A stretch of DNA of 63,451 nucleotides, the filler included, from Craspedostauros australis (taxonomy: Eukaryota), in NCBI GenBank assembly GCA_030167865.1. It is 12 parts of 12 records of this genome, joined end to end, with 100 filler letters (N's around TTAATTAATTAA, not from the genome) between each part and the next. Parts side by side here need not be neighbours in the genome. Positions count along the whole stretch, not along the records: positions 45,277 to 48,104 come from JALAGF010000216.1; positions 48,205 to 52,807 come from JALAGF010000217.1; positions 52,908 to 56,900 come from JALAGF010000219.1; positions 57,001 to 59,783 come from JALAGF010000220.1; 8 more parts are not named here. One strand, written 5' to 3'. Under the pieces are notes generated by a model. It had not been told where the DNA came from and ran no database searches. It saw only the letters and a program-made list of their open reading frames with translations. The translations under genes and the position numbers were made by a program. This document shows positions 47,059-57,789 of the stretch, one piece after another. Position 1 is the first letter of the stretch. The number at the start of each line of letters is the position of its first letter.

Positions 47059-47165
47059 GATTCAGAATCAGAATGGAAAAATTCTGAAGTTCTGAAGTTC
47101 TGACTCGGTTCTGAATCCGTTCTGAAAGTCTGAATGCGTTCTGAATCGGAGCCAGATTCTGAATC
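47059..47165. repeat. 107-bp segment bounded by 11-bp inverted repeats, with about 8 internal TTCTGAA-type motifs
   Basis: GATTCAGAATC (47059-47069) and GATTCTGAATC (47155-47165) are reverse complements. TTCTGA(A)-type motifs lie at about 47082, 47090, 47098, 47109, 47120, 47128 (GTCTGAA), 47139 and 47157. Confidence 0.8.
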
Positions 47166-47888
47166 AACCTGAAACACGCCAGCCGTGCTCAATGACAGAG
47201 AAACAGACCGACATGCGTAACGCTAATATAACGTCTATACAGATTCAAACTATTGCTTCAGCACGAAGTTGGGTTACGCGGGACTCGATTGGAAACGTCA
47301 TTGGGTTCTATGGGCTGTCTTTCCTTCGTATTTATCCACGACTAACAAGAGTACCGGACGGTGCAGTGCGGCTCACATTTCAAAGTCTCACAAAGGGACA
47401 GATTGAGAGGTGCGGTAATTTCTGGTTTTATGACTCTCGATCTCAAGCACTATTGGGAGGTGCGGCAACCCAGTATTTCAAAACACCCGATTCCTGGCAA
47501 GTACCACACGTGGGTCGTGCATCTAACCTGTTGAGTCGATCGGGTCAAACGCTCTGATGGAAAAGCCTCCTTGATTGATGATTCGTGATGGATCTTGTCA
47601 GTTGTGACGGACTTTTTAGGAGGATTGTGCGTGTCTGGTTGCGGAAGCGTAATGCGCTTCACGTGAGAGTGGAGAAAGAAATAAGTCCCAACGAGATTCA
47701 AAACCTCCAATTGCCCGTCATTGTCTTGTGCAACGACTTCAGACAACGCTGCGCAGACTCGTGACGAGATCGAGGATAGTCGTACGTCCACAACATCGCG
47801 AAGAGGCAGACACAAAGACCACCAACTGAAACCGGAACTGGCACCGCAAAGTGGACCTCAGCAAGCCTAATCTGCAATTTCAATACTC

Positions 47889-48104
47889 ATGATGTCAACC
47901 CCAACGATGACAACAGTGCCCCCGATGGACACACCCCGGTCCAACATGCTGCACAAGAACAGGACGAGCAGCACGAAGAGTCTCGACGATCCATCGACCA
48001 ACATGTCAGACACAGACTCCCTCACCGACAGCGGACTCTCCGATGCCCATCAACATGGTTATGCCTTCAACTTCGACCGCGCTGGAATCGTTGGGCGGGA
48101 CAAG
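47889..48104 (+). CDS. Probable N-terminus of a STAND/AAA_16-type ATPase; runs off the contig
   Basis: A Ser/Thr/Asp-rich leader is followed by FNFDRAGIVGRDK, matching the (L/I)(V/Y)GR(D/E)xE motif that opens STAND NTPase domains. Only the motif start is present. Confidence 0.55.
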
Positions 48105-48204
48105 NNNNNNNNNNNNNNNNNNNNNNNNNNNNNNNNNNNNNNNNNNNNTTAATTAATTAANNNNNNNNNNNNNNNNNNNNNNNNNNNNNNNNNNNNNNNN
48201 NNNN

Positions 48205-48501
48205 TAGCGCACTCTGCCATGCTGCCTCTGCTTACTCCGTGCCTGTTCCAAGAACCACGCCTGAATTCCAAACCTGCACCACCTGGTCGCTCATTTACTT
48301 GCTTCCATGTTTTGGCATCAAGTTTGGTGGTGGCATGTTTCCATATGTTGGCACCGCAGTTACGACTGAGTCGAGTCTCGCATGGTTGGACTCGACTGAC
48401 TGGTCTCAGTCACGGACGTTAATGGAATCGATCCAGTACTGGCAACAGTAGATACATGACTGGACTCAATTGGGAGACTAGGATATTCTAGCTAGTTATC
48501 A
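48205..48501. mobile_element. Possible LTR end of a second element inserted into the contig-8 retroelement
   Basis: The long minus-strand ORF ends abruptly at TGATAACTAG (plus strand ...GTTATCA, ending 48501), a TG/CA-type terminus, and the composition changes there. A stem-loop lies at 48364-48411. Confidence 0.4.
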
Positions 48502-50304
48502 GTCTAGGTCAGGATCGTTGGCGTTGCGTTGCGGTTGAGTGTAGCTTGGCGGCGACGATTGAAAGTGTACTCGCAGACCCTCTTGAATGATAGCCTGATA
48601 TTCCTTGGCCCACCTCCAGAACAGAGGGCGAGACCCGTCATCCCAATTCCACCAAGTGGAGCGACACGCTTGAGCGATTGCATCGCAAGCAGCATTGAAT
48701 ACATCAGGTGAGGACTGTCGCCTCTGTCTTCGCCACGCTGCATACCTTGCCCTGCCTTTCCGGTTCCATCGGTAGATGCCATCAGTTGAAACAGCAACAA
48801 CCTTGGTGGTGACACAACGCGGGGAGAGGTGATGCCGACAGTACCATCTCCAGAAGGAGGTGGTGACGCGCCGACTCCACCATCCCAACATCCATCTCCT
48901 CAGGCCGTTGCATCCGGCTTCCAGGTTCTGCATATCTGCCATATCCCATTGATTTGCAGAACCCTTGGCCAGCCGATCCATCCAGAGGTGAGTGGGAATG
49001 GATGCGTCGTCGGACTTGGTAGCCTTCTGAGCGCGCCGGTTCCATTCCGCCTCCTCCAGCGCGCTGCGCTGAAGTTCTGATGGAGCCACCCATGTTTTGA
49101 TGGGAGGGTGACTGGCTGCTGATGAATCTGTGGAATCAGGAGTACAAGACGAGTTGTCGTTGGCAGGTGACAAGGCAGGAGGAGAGATGGAGTTGACGGT
49201 GTGGAGCGATGAAGTGAGAGGCATGGAATCGCCAGAAGATGGTAGAGACGTAGAGTTGATAGTAGCACAGTGAGCGGTAGATGTCATTGCAGCGGATCCA
49301 GGAATGAATACCGCTGCAGGCGGACTCAAGCCGCGACCGGCGGAAGATGGAGGCGAACTGGCAGGACGGCAGCTAGTCGCAAAGGAAGAAGAATCGAAAA
49401 GAAAAGTACCCCCCTCGTTGAATGTGCAAAGTTGGGACAAAACAGAGAAGAACAATTTGCCTGGGAGCGCAGAAGCAGAAGCAGAAGGAAGGGTGAGAGC
49501 AACCGTATCAGGGAAGTCGAGCGCACGAAGACGATCGAACGACCGAAGTGGGCAAGCACACCACCTGCCACGACCGAACATGGAAGGCGCCAGCACAAAC
49601 TCCGACCAAAGGCAGCCGATCGGGATGAGACCACCAGGATGCAGCACAGGTTTACCATGCACCTTCACGGCGTCCACGCGGACGACGCGAAGAGGTCCAA
49701 CATTGAGGTTGAGTGGAGGAGGATGCCAGTGCTGAGATGATTGCTTGTCGTCCAGCACCGAGTGCAGAGTGCGAGGAACCGAATGAATCTGTAGGGGGCC
49801 TTGCGGAGGCGAAGGGCATCACCAGAAGATAGTCAGAGAGCCTACGGCATCGGTGACGCCACCGACCTGTGAGTGCTCCACGCGCCAAGACCTTGCCGAC
49901 CAACCAGGTGGAAGCCAGCGAGAGCGATGCGATGAAGCGACCACAACAAGAGAACTGGCATCAACAGCAGAGAAGAGGGATTTGGTGATGGAATGCTCAG
50001 CTAGTAGCAGATTAATGCTGTTGAGCTGTGCCACAGAGGGTGCTGCTGGCTGCAGCACCACCAATGGAAGCAGCTGCCGGATGATCGCGCCATCGTTGTC
50101 AGAGCCAGACCAGCCGGCGATGAAGCCGACAGACAGCCCCAGCGAGTCAAGATCGAACACCCAAGCCGGGCATTGCGAAGCAACAACGCCCGCACAGCAA
50201 TCAGTCCGCCGCAACCTGCGCCCAACTGTGCCCCGAGTCATGCCATGCAAGGATGGTCTGGAATCCACACCATCCACCGCAACAGCCGACCCAGGAGCCG
50301 TGTC
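48499..50304 (-). pseudogene. ORF2 (pol-like N-terminal part) of a putative retroelement; one internal TGA and truncated before an RT core
   Basis: The track ORFs 49819-50277 and 48499-49758 share a frame and are separated only by TGA at 49819-49821. Motifs: CPAWVFDL..LG, HSQVGGVTD, PSMFGRGRW..CPL..FDRLRALDFP, KATKSDDA.IP.HLW, WWNWDDGSRPLFWRW. I recall the last two preceding the RT domain in diatom YR/DIRS-like elements. Confidence 0.6.
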
Positions 50305-52615
50305 TCAGTTACTGCCCTTCTTCTTCTGTTGGTTGAGCTCGTTCTTCACGTTGGCACTAGCCCGCTTGGCCTCAGCAGCCTTCTTGCCGCTGCGCTCAGC
50401 CTCATCCATGGCATCCCGTGCCAGCAACTTGACAAGCTTGAGCTCATCGCACAGCTTCTCCATCTCGGACCTGTCGACACGCTCAGAAAGCTGGTACATG
50501 GACAGCGCCCAAGCAAGGGCAGGATGCCCATGGAATTTGACCTCCAGGAGCGAGTCCATGATGCGATGACAGCGGAGAACGGACCACAGGACCTTGGCCT
50601 TGTTGTCGAGGCTCGCCATCTCGCCAGCGACCAAACTGGAGTCAGATCGGACCAGATGTAGCTTGTCAAAGATGGAGCAGACGCATCGGCCGACCAAGTT
50701 CCAAGCCGAGGCGGCCTGAAAGTTGGATGCCGACACGAGGTCATGGTAGAAGGTCTGCATGAATGAGGTGAGCCCATGCCAATGGATCTCAGCGCGCCCA
50801 CTAAGGTAGCAAGCAAGTGCCGCCTGGGCAGGGTTGCCGCAGGACGGGACCTTTCCGTTGATGCCTTGTAGGTACCCACGGTAGGACGAGGAGACGATGC
50901 CACGGTAGGATGACATGCCATTGGCCCATTTGTTCCAGCTGGGAGCAGCGGCCAGGCCTTCTTCAGGTGGCGAAAGCTCTCCACGACCGTTCTTTGCAAA
51001 GAGAGCGACGGGACGGATGTGGCCCATGGACGCAGTGAGGTCAATCCTAGCAACAGTGGCAGCAATGCGACTGGCAGAGTAGCCCTTATCGGCATGATCC
51101 TTGCCGCTCTTGTTGGCCTTGGAGTTCATGGACACAAGCAGGGAGAACATCTCCCAGAACAATCCCACTGACTTGACATTGTTGGAGTCCATCCAGGCGC
51201 GAACGTCCTCAAGCGATGCGAAGGTGTTGCTGTCGGTCGAGAAGGCGTGGTCGGATTGGAGTCGAAGGGCTTGCTCCACGCGACGCTCTGCTTCGTTCAG
51301 CCGCTTGGCAAGGTCAGTTCCAACACCGCTGGGTGCGGAGATGCCTGGGACCGAGCGGGAAGCAGAAAGCCTGGCCTCCATGTCGCGCTCGAATGCACAG
51401 AAGCGGCGCTCGACGGCATCATCCACCATGGTTGCGATGGATGCAGCGGAAGCGATGGGAGAAAAGAGACTCCACGAGAAGGAGAGGACCGCTCCAGCAA
51501 AAAGGATGGCTTGGACTGCAGGGAATCCAGGTGTCCAACGATGGCATTGACCGAGTTGCTGTAATGAGTGAAGAGCTTGTCGAGCGATGAGCGCAGAGTG
51601 GGAAGCTGGGTGGCCCACTCACAGGCGAATCTAGCCGCACCGGAGCGCTCCAAGTCGAGCACCTTCTGGTGTGTCATCTCCACTGCAGATCGGATGCCGA
51701 GGATTTGCTCACTGAGCATCTCGTCAGCACTGGCTCCCTCGCCCATGCGAGCACTGAGGAGCTGATCTTGAGTGTGCAGACGCTGCAGGCTGGCCATGAC
51801 GGCGCTGATGTCATTGGCAACCGCGTTGCGAACAGCGCCCTGTCCTTTCTCGATGCCAGCAACAATCTTCTCCAGCTGCGCGAAGTTGGAGCGGACCTGT
51901 CCCCAGTTCTCAATCAGAACGACGGCGCCAGTGATGGCAGGGTCAGTGTTGTCTGAGACTTGGTACTCGTCTGGCAGAGGTGCCACGATGTCCAGCTCTT
52001 GCAGCTTGATGGAGGAGACCTCGTCTGCGCGTGGGCTGATGCGGAGAGCGAGGCGGCGAGGGGACGCCAAGTCCTCAACAGCCGCGAAATCGTCAACGGA
52101 GACGATCGGTACATTCTCACCAGCCTCGACACAGAGGCGAGAGGTGGTGAGGTCGCGAAGAAAGGCATGCCACACTGCTGGAGCCTTGAGCTCAGCCAGC
52201 AGGTCCTCCTTGGTCATGGACACAGGCAACCATGACGCGTCGATGGAAGGCGCCAATCGTGCCTGGTCGGCCTTGATGGTGCGGACGTAGAAGCTCCCAT
52301 CGCGCAGGGGAGCCTTGTTCCCAACATGGCTCTTCGTTGGACAGAGAGAGCGAGTGCAGAAGCGCACAGCGCCCTTCTCCTCTGAGCCCCCAATGATACC
52401 ACCACAGATGGACCCCACAGATTCAACCCACAACAGCGACACCACCGCATCGCCATCACCAACCCCCCGGTAACAGACGCCACCGCAGAAGGCGGAAACA
52501 ACCCACCAGCAGGAGTGCCCAATGGGGCACCAGCCAGGGCCGCAGAGCCACCGCCACCACCCGAAGGAGACGAGCGAGAGGCAGAGCGAACGGACCGGAA
52601 GTCGAAGACCGTCAT
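50305..52615 (-). pseudogene. ORF1 (gag-like) of the same element, split by two -1 frameshifts
   Basis: ATG at 52615 (MTVFDFRS..). The frame changes near the G6 run at 52463-52468 and again near 51460-51505. It has a C-x15-C-x4-C-x4-H motif (CGGIIG..RFCTRSLCPTKSH), coiled coils and a basic end QQKKKGSN*. Confidence 0.6.
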
Positions 52616-52907
52616 GGCGGGAAGAGAGACGGGCGGAGGGGAAAGGAAATTTTCACAGCAAGGAAGGACGGGTTTTCGATGATCAACCACGAAACCGCGC
52701 GCTTGCTTGATGCTCGATGTGATGGATGCTGCTGTTGTGAGAGTGATGCAATGTCTCTGTTGTTTGCATCCTTTCTCTCTGCTTGCAATCCTCGCCACTG
52801 CAACACGNNNNNNNNNNNNNNNNNNNNNNNNNNNNNNNNNNNNNNNNNNNNTTAATTAATTAANNNNNNNNNNNNNNNNNNNNNNNNNNNNNNNNNNNNN
52901 NNNNNNN

Positions 52908-52947
52908 TCGATTCAAATAGCCGTCATTTGATTTAAATAGCCGTCAT
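52908..52947. repeat. 20-bp tandem duplication at the contig edge (TYGATTYAAATAGCCGTCAT x2)
   Basis: Seen directly. It is probably the edge of a larger repeat that broke the assembly. Confidence 0.8.
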
Positions 52948-53450
52948 TCGAAATATTTAGAATGTCGAACTGCATGGTTTCTTAACTGACGGGACTCGAT
53001 CAAGCCGGCGAGCTGCATCGTTGCCTCGCTGTGTTTATCCGAAGTAGGACCAACAGGATGCCTCCATAAGTTCTTCGAAGGAAGACTTGTTCTTCATCGA
53101 TGTCAAAACGTCGCATGTGGCTTTCTCGTGTCTGAGTGACAAAATCGTTCTTGGGTGTCGAATTAGTCGTACTAGTCGATTTTCGTTTCCGTTGCTTTTT
53201 GCCGGGTGTCCCGGGTTTCTGATCAACTGGACCAGACGAGTTGGTTGTCGAAACTTCGGCGATGTTCGAAATGATTCTGCTTTGGCCGTTGTCTCTTTCC
53301 TGTTTTTGGTGCAGTATCATCGCCATCCTCGTCGCCGCTCTGGCATCGCCATCCTTGTCCCACCCTCCTCCACAATCCAGCATCCACCAAAAGCAAGAGT
53401 GCGTCACAGCTCTCAATACTCGGACGACACCATACCAAGACTCGGACACC

Positions 53451-54344
53451 ATGGCAACGACAGAACGGAAGGAAGAGACGAAGCCGGAAGCTGCGGCGGT
53501 CGTTGCGTTGGAGACGAGCAACATTCAAGTGCGGTCATTCGCAGCATCGTTGCCACCCAGCATCACCCACAGCGTCGAAGAGGACGGCGGCAGCAGACCA
53601 GCGCCGAAGGTCGACGTGATTGGCATGTTCGGTGACAACTGCATCGTCGGGACGGTCATGACCATGAAGAAGACCGCCAAGATATGGGTTGGCTGGGGCA
53701 AGGTCGATGCGTCGATAGGAGGTGTTGCAACGACTGCGGATGCTCAAGAACAGACGAGCAGGGTGGGATCAGGTGAGCGCAATGCGACCTCTGCAATATT
53801 ACACTCAATATTTGAGTTTATTGTTGTGTCACGTTGCTATTATACATTGTCGGAACGTGAACCGTTTGTTTGCATTCTACTGGAGTTGTCCACACGGGTG
53901 CACTTTCATCAATGACCGCATACACCTCACCACCACTTGGCGCCATTCGCTTGAACAATATCGCCAACCGCGGTCGCAACCGCATCCTCCACCAAATTCT
54001 CAAACACAGGCGCACCCGCCATGGGCAACCTGGTCGTCGCCATGCCGCGTTCCAACTTCCGCGGCGCCTTTTCGACAAGTTCCGCGAACGATCTGCCCAG
54101 CTCCAGCCTGATCGGGACGGACAGTTCGGAGGACCACATCCTGGCCTCGCAGATGGCCTCGCGGTTGGCCAAGCGATCTGGCAGGGCCGTCTTCGTGTCA
54201 TGCAACCTCATGACGGGCGGCGATGGCCTTGCCGATGCGGGCAGCAGCGACGCGTGGATGATGGGGTTGAGTCAGGATCTTGTGGCGCAACGTGCTGCGG
54301 CCATCGCGGAAAAGGAGATTTGGACAATATTATCGCAGGGTTGA
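53451..54344 (+). CDS. PSMG4: Proteasome assembly chaperone 4 (PAC4/PSMG4-like); exons 53451-53772 and 54010-54344 (about 218 aa)
   Basis: Intron 53773-54009 (GTGAGC...CACAG, phase 1). Motifs IWVG, MGNLVVAMP, SSSLIG, ASQMASRLAKRSGRAVFVSCNL and EKEI fit the PAC4 pattern. Confidence 0.8.
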
Positions 54345-54757
54345 GTGGGATTGCGAATGCTATGCGTTGACGGAGAGCAGGCATTGAAGCGGTTGCTGCA
54401 GCATGATGCGAGAGGGACAGTTGCAAGAGTTCGACTTCGCAGGTTACGGAATCCAGATCGTCATGAAAAGCAGATCACATGGAATTGCAAGACCACGCAA
54501 TGAGCACAAGTGATCGCATGTTCATGTCCACGCTCGTCAATGGACAATCAAGTGGCCAGACGCAACCAAGCAATAGAAGATTGCGACGTATTCAAACACG
54601 TGGATCAACACATAAGAGCGCATAGACACGCACTCTAGCACCGTTACCATGCAAGTGTCAGGATTGTGTTGTTGTCTATTAAGAAATTATATCTGTATCC
54701 CTTTCCAGGTGGTGCGAGCACTGCAGATACTTGCCGCGAAGCAGATTATTATCCACT

Positions 54758-55870
54758 CTACAGAGTCTTCTTGGCGACGCTGTTCTTGTTGTCCACATCC
54801 CGCAACACGAGCGCCTTGGCCGAATGGCGCATGACGAGACCTTGCAACGTCCAGGCGACGCACAACCAGGAATGCAGCAGGGTGTTGATGGCACCCAGCG
54901 ACATGTCTGTGTACTGCACGAGCAACGGGTACATGGGCAGCAACGGCGCATTGAGGATGAAGGCGATGGAACCCACCATCTGCGACCATGGCTGCATGTG
55001 CTTCTGCGGCGAGAAGAGGAAGAAGATGGTGAAGTAGAGGCTGGACGGGACCTGCGTGATGCCGGCGATGAAGATGTCGCAGGCCGGTCGTTGGAAGGAC
55101 ATGCCGCCGTAGACCAGCACGGCCGTGACGGTGAGTCCGAACAGGTACCAGAACGATGCCGGGACGATGGGCATGGCTCGGATGACGGGGTGGCAGTCGT
55201 CATGCAGCTGGAACCGCCGCACGACCTCGGAGCCGCTGAGGCCCATGAAGGTGGAGGCGCCCGTGACGGTGCCCACGCAGATGGTCCACAGCAGGCGGAA
55301 GGACCAATGGTTGCGCAGGGCCACGCTCGTGTAGAAGTGGTGCGAGATGCCACCGGCCAGGACGGAAGCGGCGTAGGAGGCCAGCAAGATGGAGGCGCTG
55401 TTGCAGAGCTTGTCCGACACGTCTGGTTTGGAGACGCGCCAGGTCGACCAGGCCAAGGTCGACATGACGATGGTCAGCGCATAATCCGTTCCGTAGGTCC
55501 AGACGGAGTTGTCGAAGATCGATTGCGCCTCGTTGTAGACGTAGAACGCCTTGTCGTAGGTGTTGGTGGCCGCCTCGAAGGAGAGGAAGAATGGGAACCA
55601 CAGCGAGAACAGCACCATGACGATGGCGATGACCACGCCTCCTGCGTTCCACATGATGTGCTCTGCGATGGACAGCGGCCGCTGCTGCTTCTGGTACAGG
55701 CTGGCAGCCTGCGATCCGTCGGCATGCAAGCGCTTGGAGGCGCTGGAGAGGTGCTGCTGTCCTGGCAGTGCGTCGCCGAAATCGGAGGAGGCGTTGCTGG
55801 AGGATTCCGAGTTCGCCAACGATTCTCGGTACAGTCCGGGTGGGACGCTGCTGCTGTCTGACTGGCACAT
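54758..55870 (-). CDS. Uncharacterised multi-pass membrane protein (about 370 aa, about 7-8 TM)
   Basis: Strong GC3 coding bias and repeated hydrophobic helices, with polar motifs TDY, AGGISHH and NTLLH. The start is set at ATG 55870, although the ORF is open to 56038. Confidence 0.8.
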   Translation of the reverse strand: MCQSDSSSVPPGLYRESLANSESSSNASSDFGDALPGQQHLSSASKRLHADGSQAASLYQKQQRPLSIAEHIMWNAGGVVIAIVMVLFSLWFPFFLSFEAATNTYDKAFYVYNEAQSIFDNSVWTYGTDYALTIVMSTLAWSTWRVSKPDVSDKLCNSASILLASYAASVLAGGISHHFYTSVALRNHWSFRLLWTICVGTVTGASTFMGLSGSEVVRRFQLHDDCHPVIRAMPIVPASFWYLFGLTVTAVLVYGGMSFQRPACDIFIAGITQVPSSLYFTIFFLFSPQKHMQPWSQMVGSIAFILNAPLLPMYPLLVQYTDMSLGAINTLLHSWLCVAWTLQGLVMRHSAKALVLRDVDNKNSVAKKTL

Positions 55871-57007
55871 CTTGCGATCTGTCTTGCTACCGATGCTCCT
55901 ATCTCTGCTTCTGTCGGTGTTGATGTTGGTGTGGTTTCTCTTGACTAGGATTGTTGTGAGACTCTGCGAGACCAAGTGCGTATTGGTGCTTGATTGCTGG
56001 AAGATTGCGACTGCGAGGGTGCTTCGGAATAGCTGCATGGGTCAAGAAGAGGCTCTTTGATAGATCAGAGGCAGAGGCAGCGACAATGAGAAAATGAGAA
56101 GAAGGCAACGAGATGGAATACGAGGGACGAAACAGGAATGCTGCGCTTTCTTTTGTGTGACGGTTGTCGGGTGTAGTTCAAATTGGATTTTGTGTTTCGA
56201 GTGGTCGACGGAATTGCAGATGTGGTTCGACGTGACGAATGCCGACTTGATGTTCGGGGAGTCCGCTTCGACGCTTGCCGACGTGTTCGACATCATCACG
56301 CAAATGGAACTTGATGATTGGCTCAATTCCAAATGTCATCTGCAAACTTCCTCTGATTGGTTGGCCGTGACGAGCGAACGTGTGCACATCTGAAAAAGCG
56401 TGACTGGAATCGCGAGAACGAACGAAGCAATGATTGGTGGGAACGACACGAAAGGTATCATGATCTTGACATGATGGTGTCAGGTCCTGATGTGACAAAT
56501 TCGAAGATTCCCACAAGGATCCGATTTCAACGACGCCATCAGTCCAAGCGAATTAGTACTTCCGACTACAAATACGAGCTCCAGATCGCAGTTGATGCAC
56601 TCACGATAACACTAGTTGTGGAGTTTTGGCCCCTTGTTGCCACTGGTTTGCTTGCTTTTGGGAGAATCGGCGATTGGATATTTAGAGCTATTGTGTGTTT
56701 GCTCTCGCTGATCCGTCTTCTACGTCACAGGGAACGTATTCCACGTCATGAAAAACGAGTCACAACAGAGGAAGAGACATCGTGTGACTCTTCCTCCACA
56801 AGACAACATGATGACTGCACGCGGCAACAACAGAATGTGCCAGGCCAGGACAGCCAACAACACTCCACGTTGACCAGTCTCACAATGGAAACCAGCAACA
56901 NNNNNNNNNNNNNNNNNNNNNNNNNNNNNNNNNNNNNNNNNNNNTTAATTAATTAANNNNNNNNNNNNNNNNNNNNNNNNNNNNNNNNNNNNNNNNNNNN
57001 AGGCTGC

Positions 57008-57500
57008 TGCATCACCAATGGAACGTGACATCTGGAGAGCAGAAGGACGCCTACTGACGTCAACAGGATGTCAACATGTCACCATGTCGACAGCTGTCTC
57101 CAAGTCAGAGCAGGAGGCGAAGATCCAATGACCCATGAAGATCATGGATACTGAAGGTGAACTTCAAATGGTAAGTACTCATGGAGTAGGAACCAGTACT
57201 GAATGAACAGAGTGTCGAATGCGGAGTACGCATCGAACACGGAGTATCGTGTAGCATGAGCACATGATGTTGAGAGAGAGAGAGAGAGAATACAGAGAGG
57301 AGCGAGAGAGGATCTCGCGNNNNNNNNNNNNNNNNNNNNNNNNNNNNNNNNNNNNNNNNNNNNNNNNNNNNNNNNNNNNNNNNNNNNNNNNNNNNNNNNN
57401 NNNNNNNNNNNNNNNCCAAGTAATGAAATAGCAAACAGACGACTATCAACCAACACCATCTTCCACGATCGTAGGTTACCGTGAGCGGAACTTGCCAACA
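57008..57500 (+). mobile_element. Second copy of the LTR-like repeat (with an internal assembly gap)
   Basis: Homologous to 46372-46836 and ends ...GGAACTTGCCAACA. Confidence 0.75.
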
Positions 57501-57745
57501 GAGGAGGTACCCTGCGCACTCCACACATCCCACGATCATTTTCTCAGATAATCCTTTCATGTGTGCGACAGTGGCAGTGGCGTGAAAGGAATGGTACAGA
57601 CTCTTGAGGACAATGCAGGCACAGATGATCTTTGTGATTTAGCCACGGTGGGCATCCTTTGGTATGACATGATGGCTTCAGCGCATTGATGGTACCATGC
57701 ATTCCACCATTTCTCGCTGGACATGCAGGAGGATTTGGTCGGTTG

Positions 57746-57789
57746 TTGATGGCATTGATGGCATTGATGGCATTGATGGCATTGACGGC
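57746..57789. repeat. 9-bp tandem repeat (TTGATGGCA) x about 5
   Basis: Four perfect units and one degenerate unit. Confidence 0.93.

Noticed and set aside
54731..55861. 376-aa plus-strand ORF and similar long antisense ORFs (e.g. 23863-24885, 19430-20512, 42139-43113)
   Set aside because: These are shadow ORFs opposite or overlapping GC3-rich real genes, and they carry no recognisable motifs.
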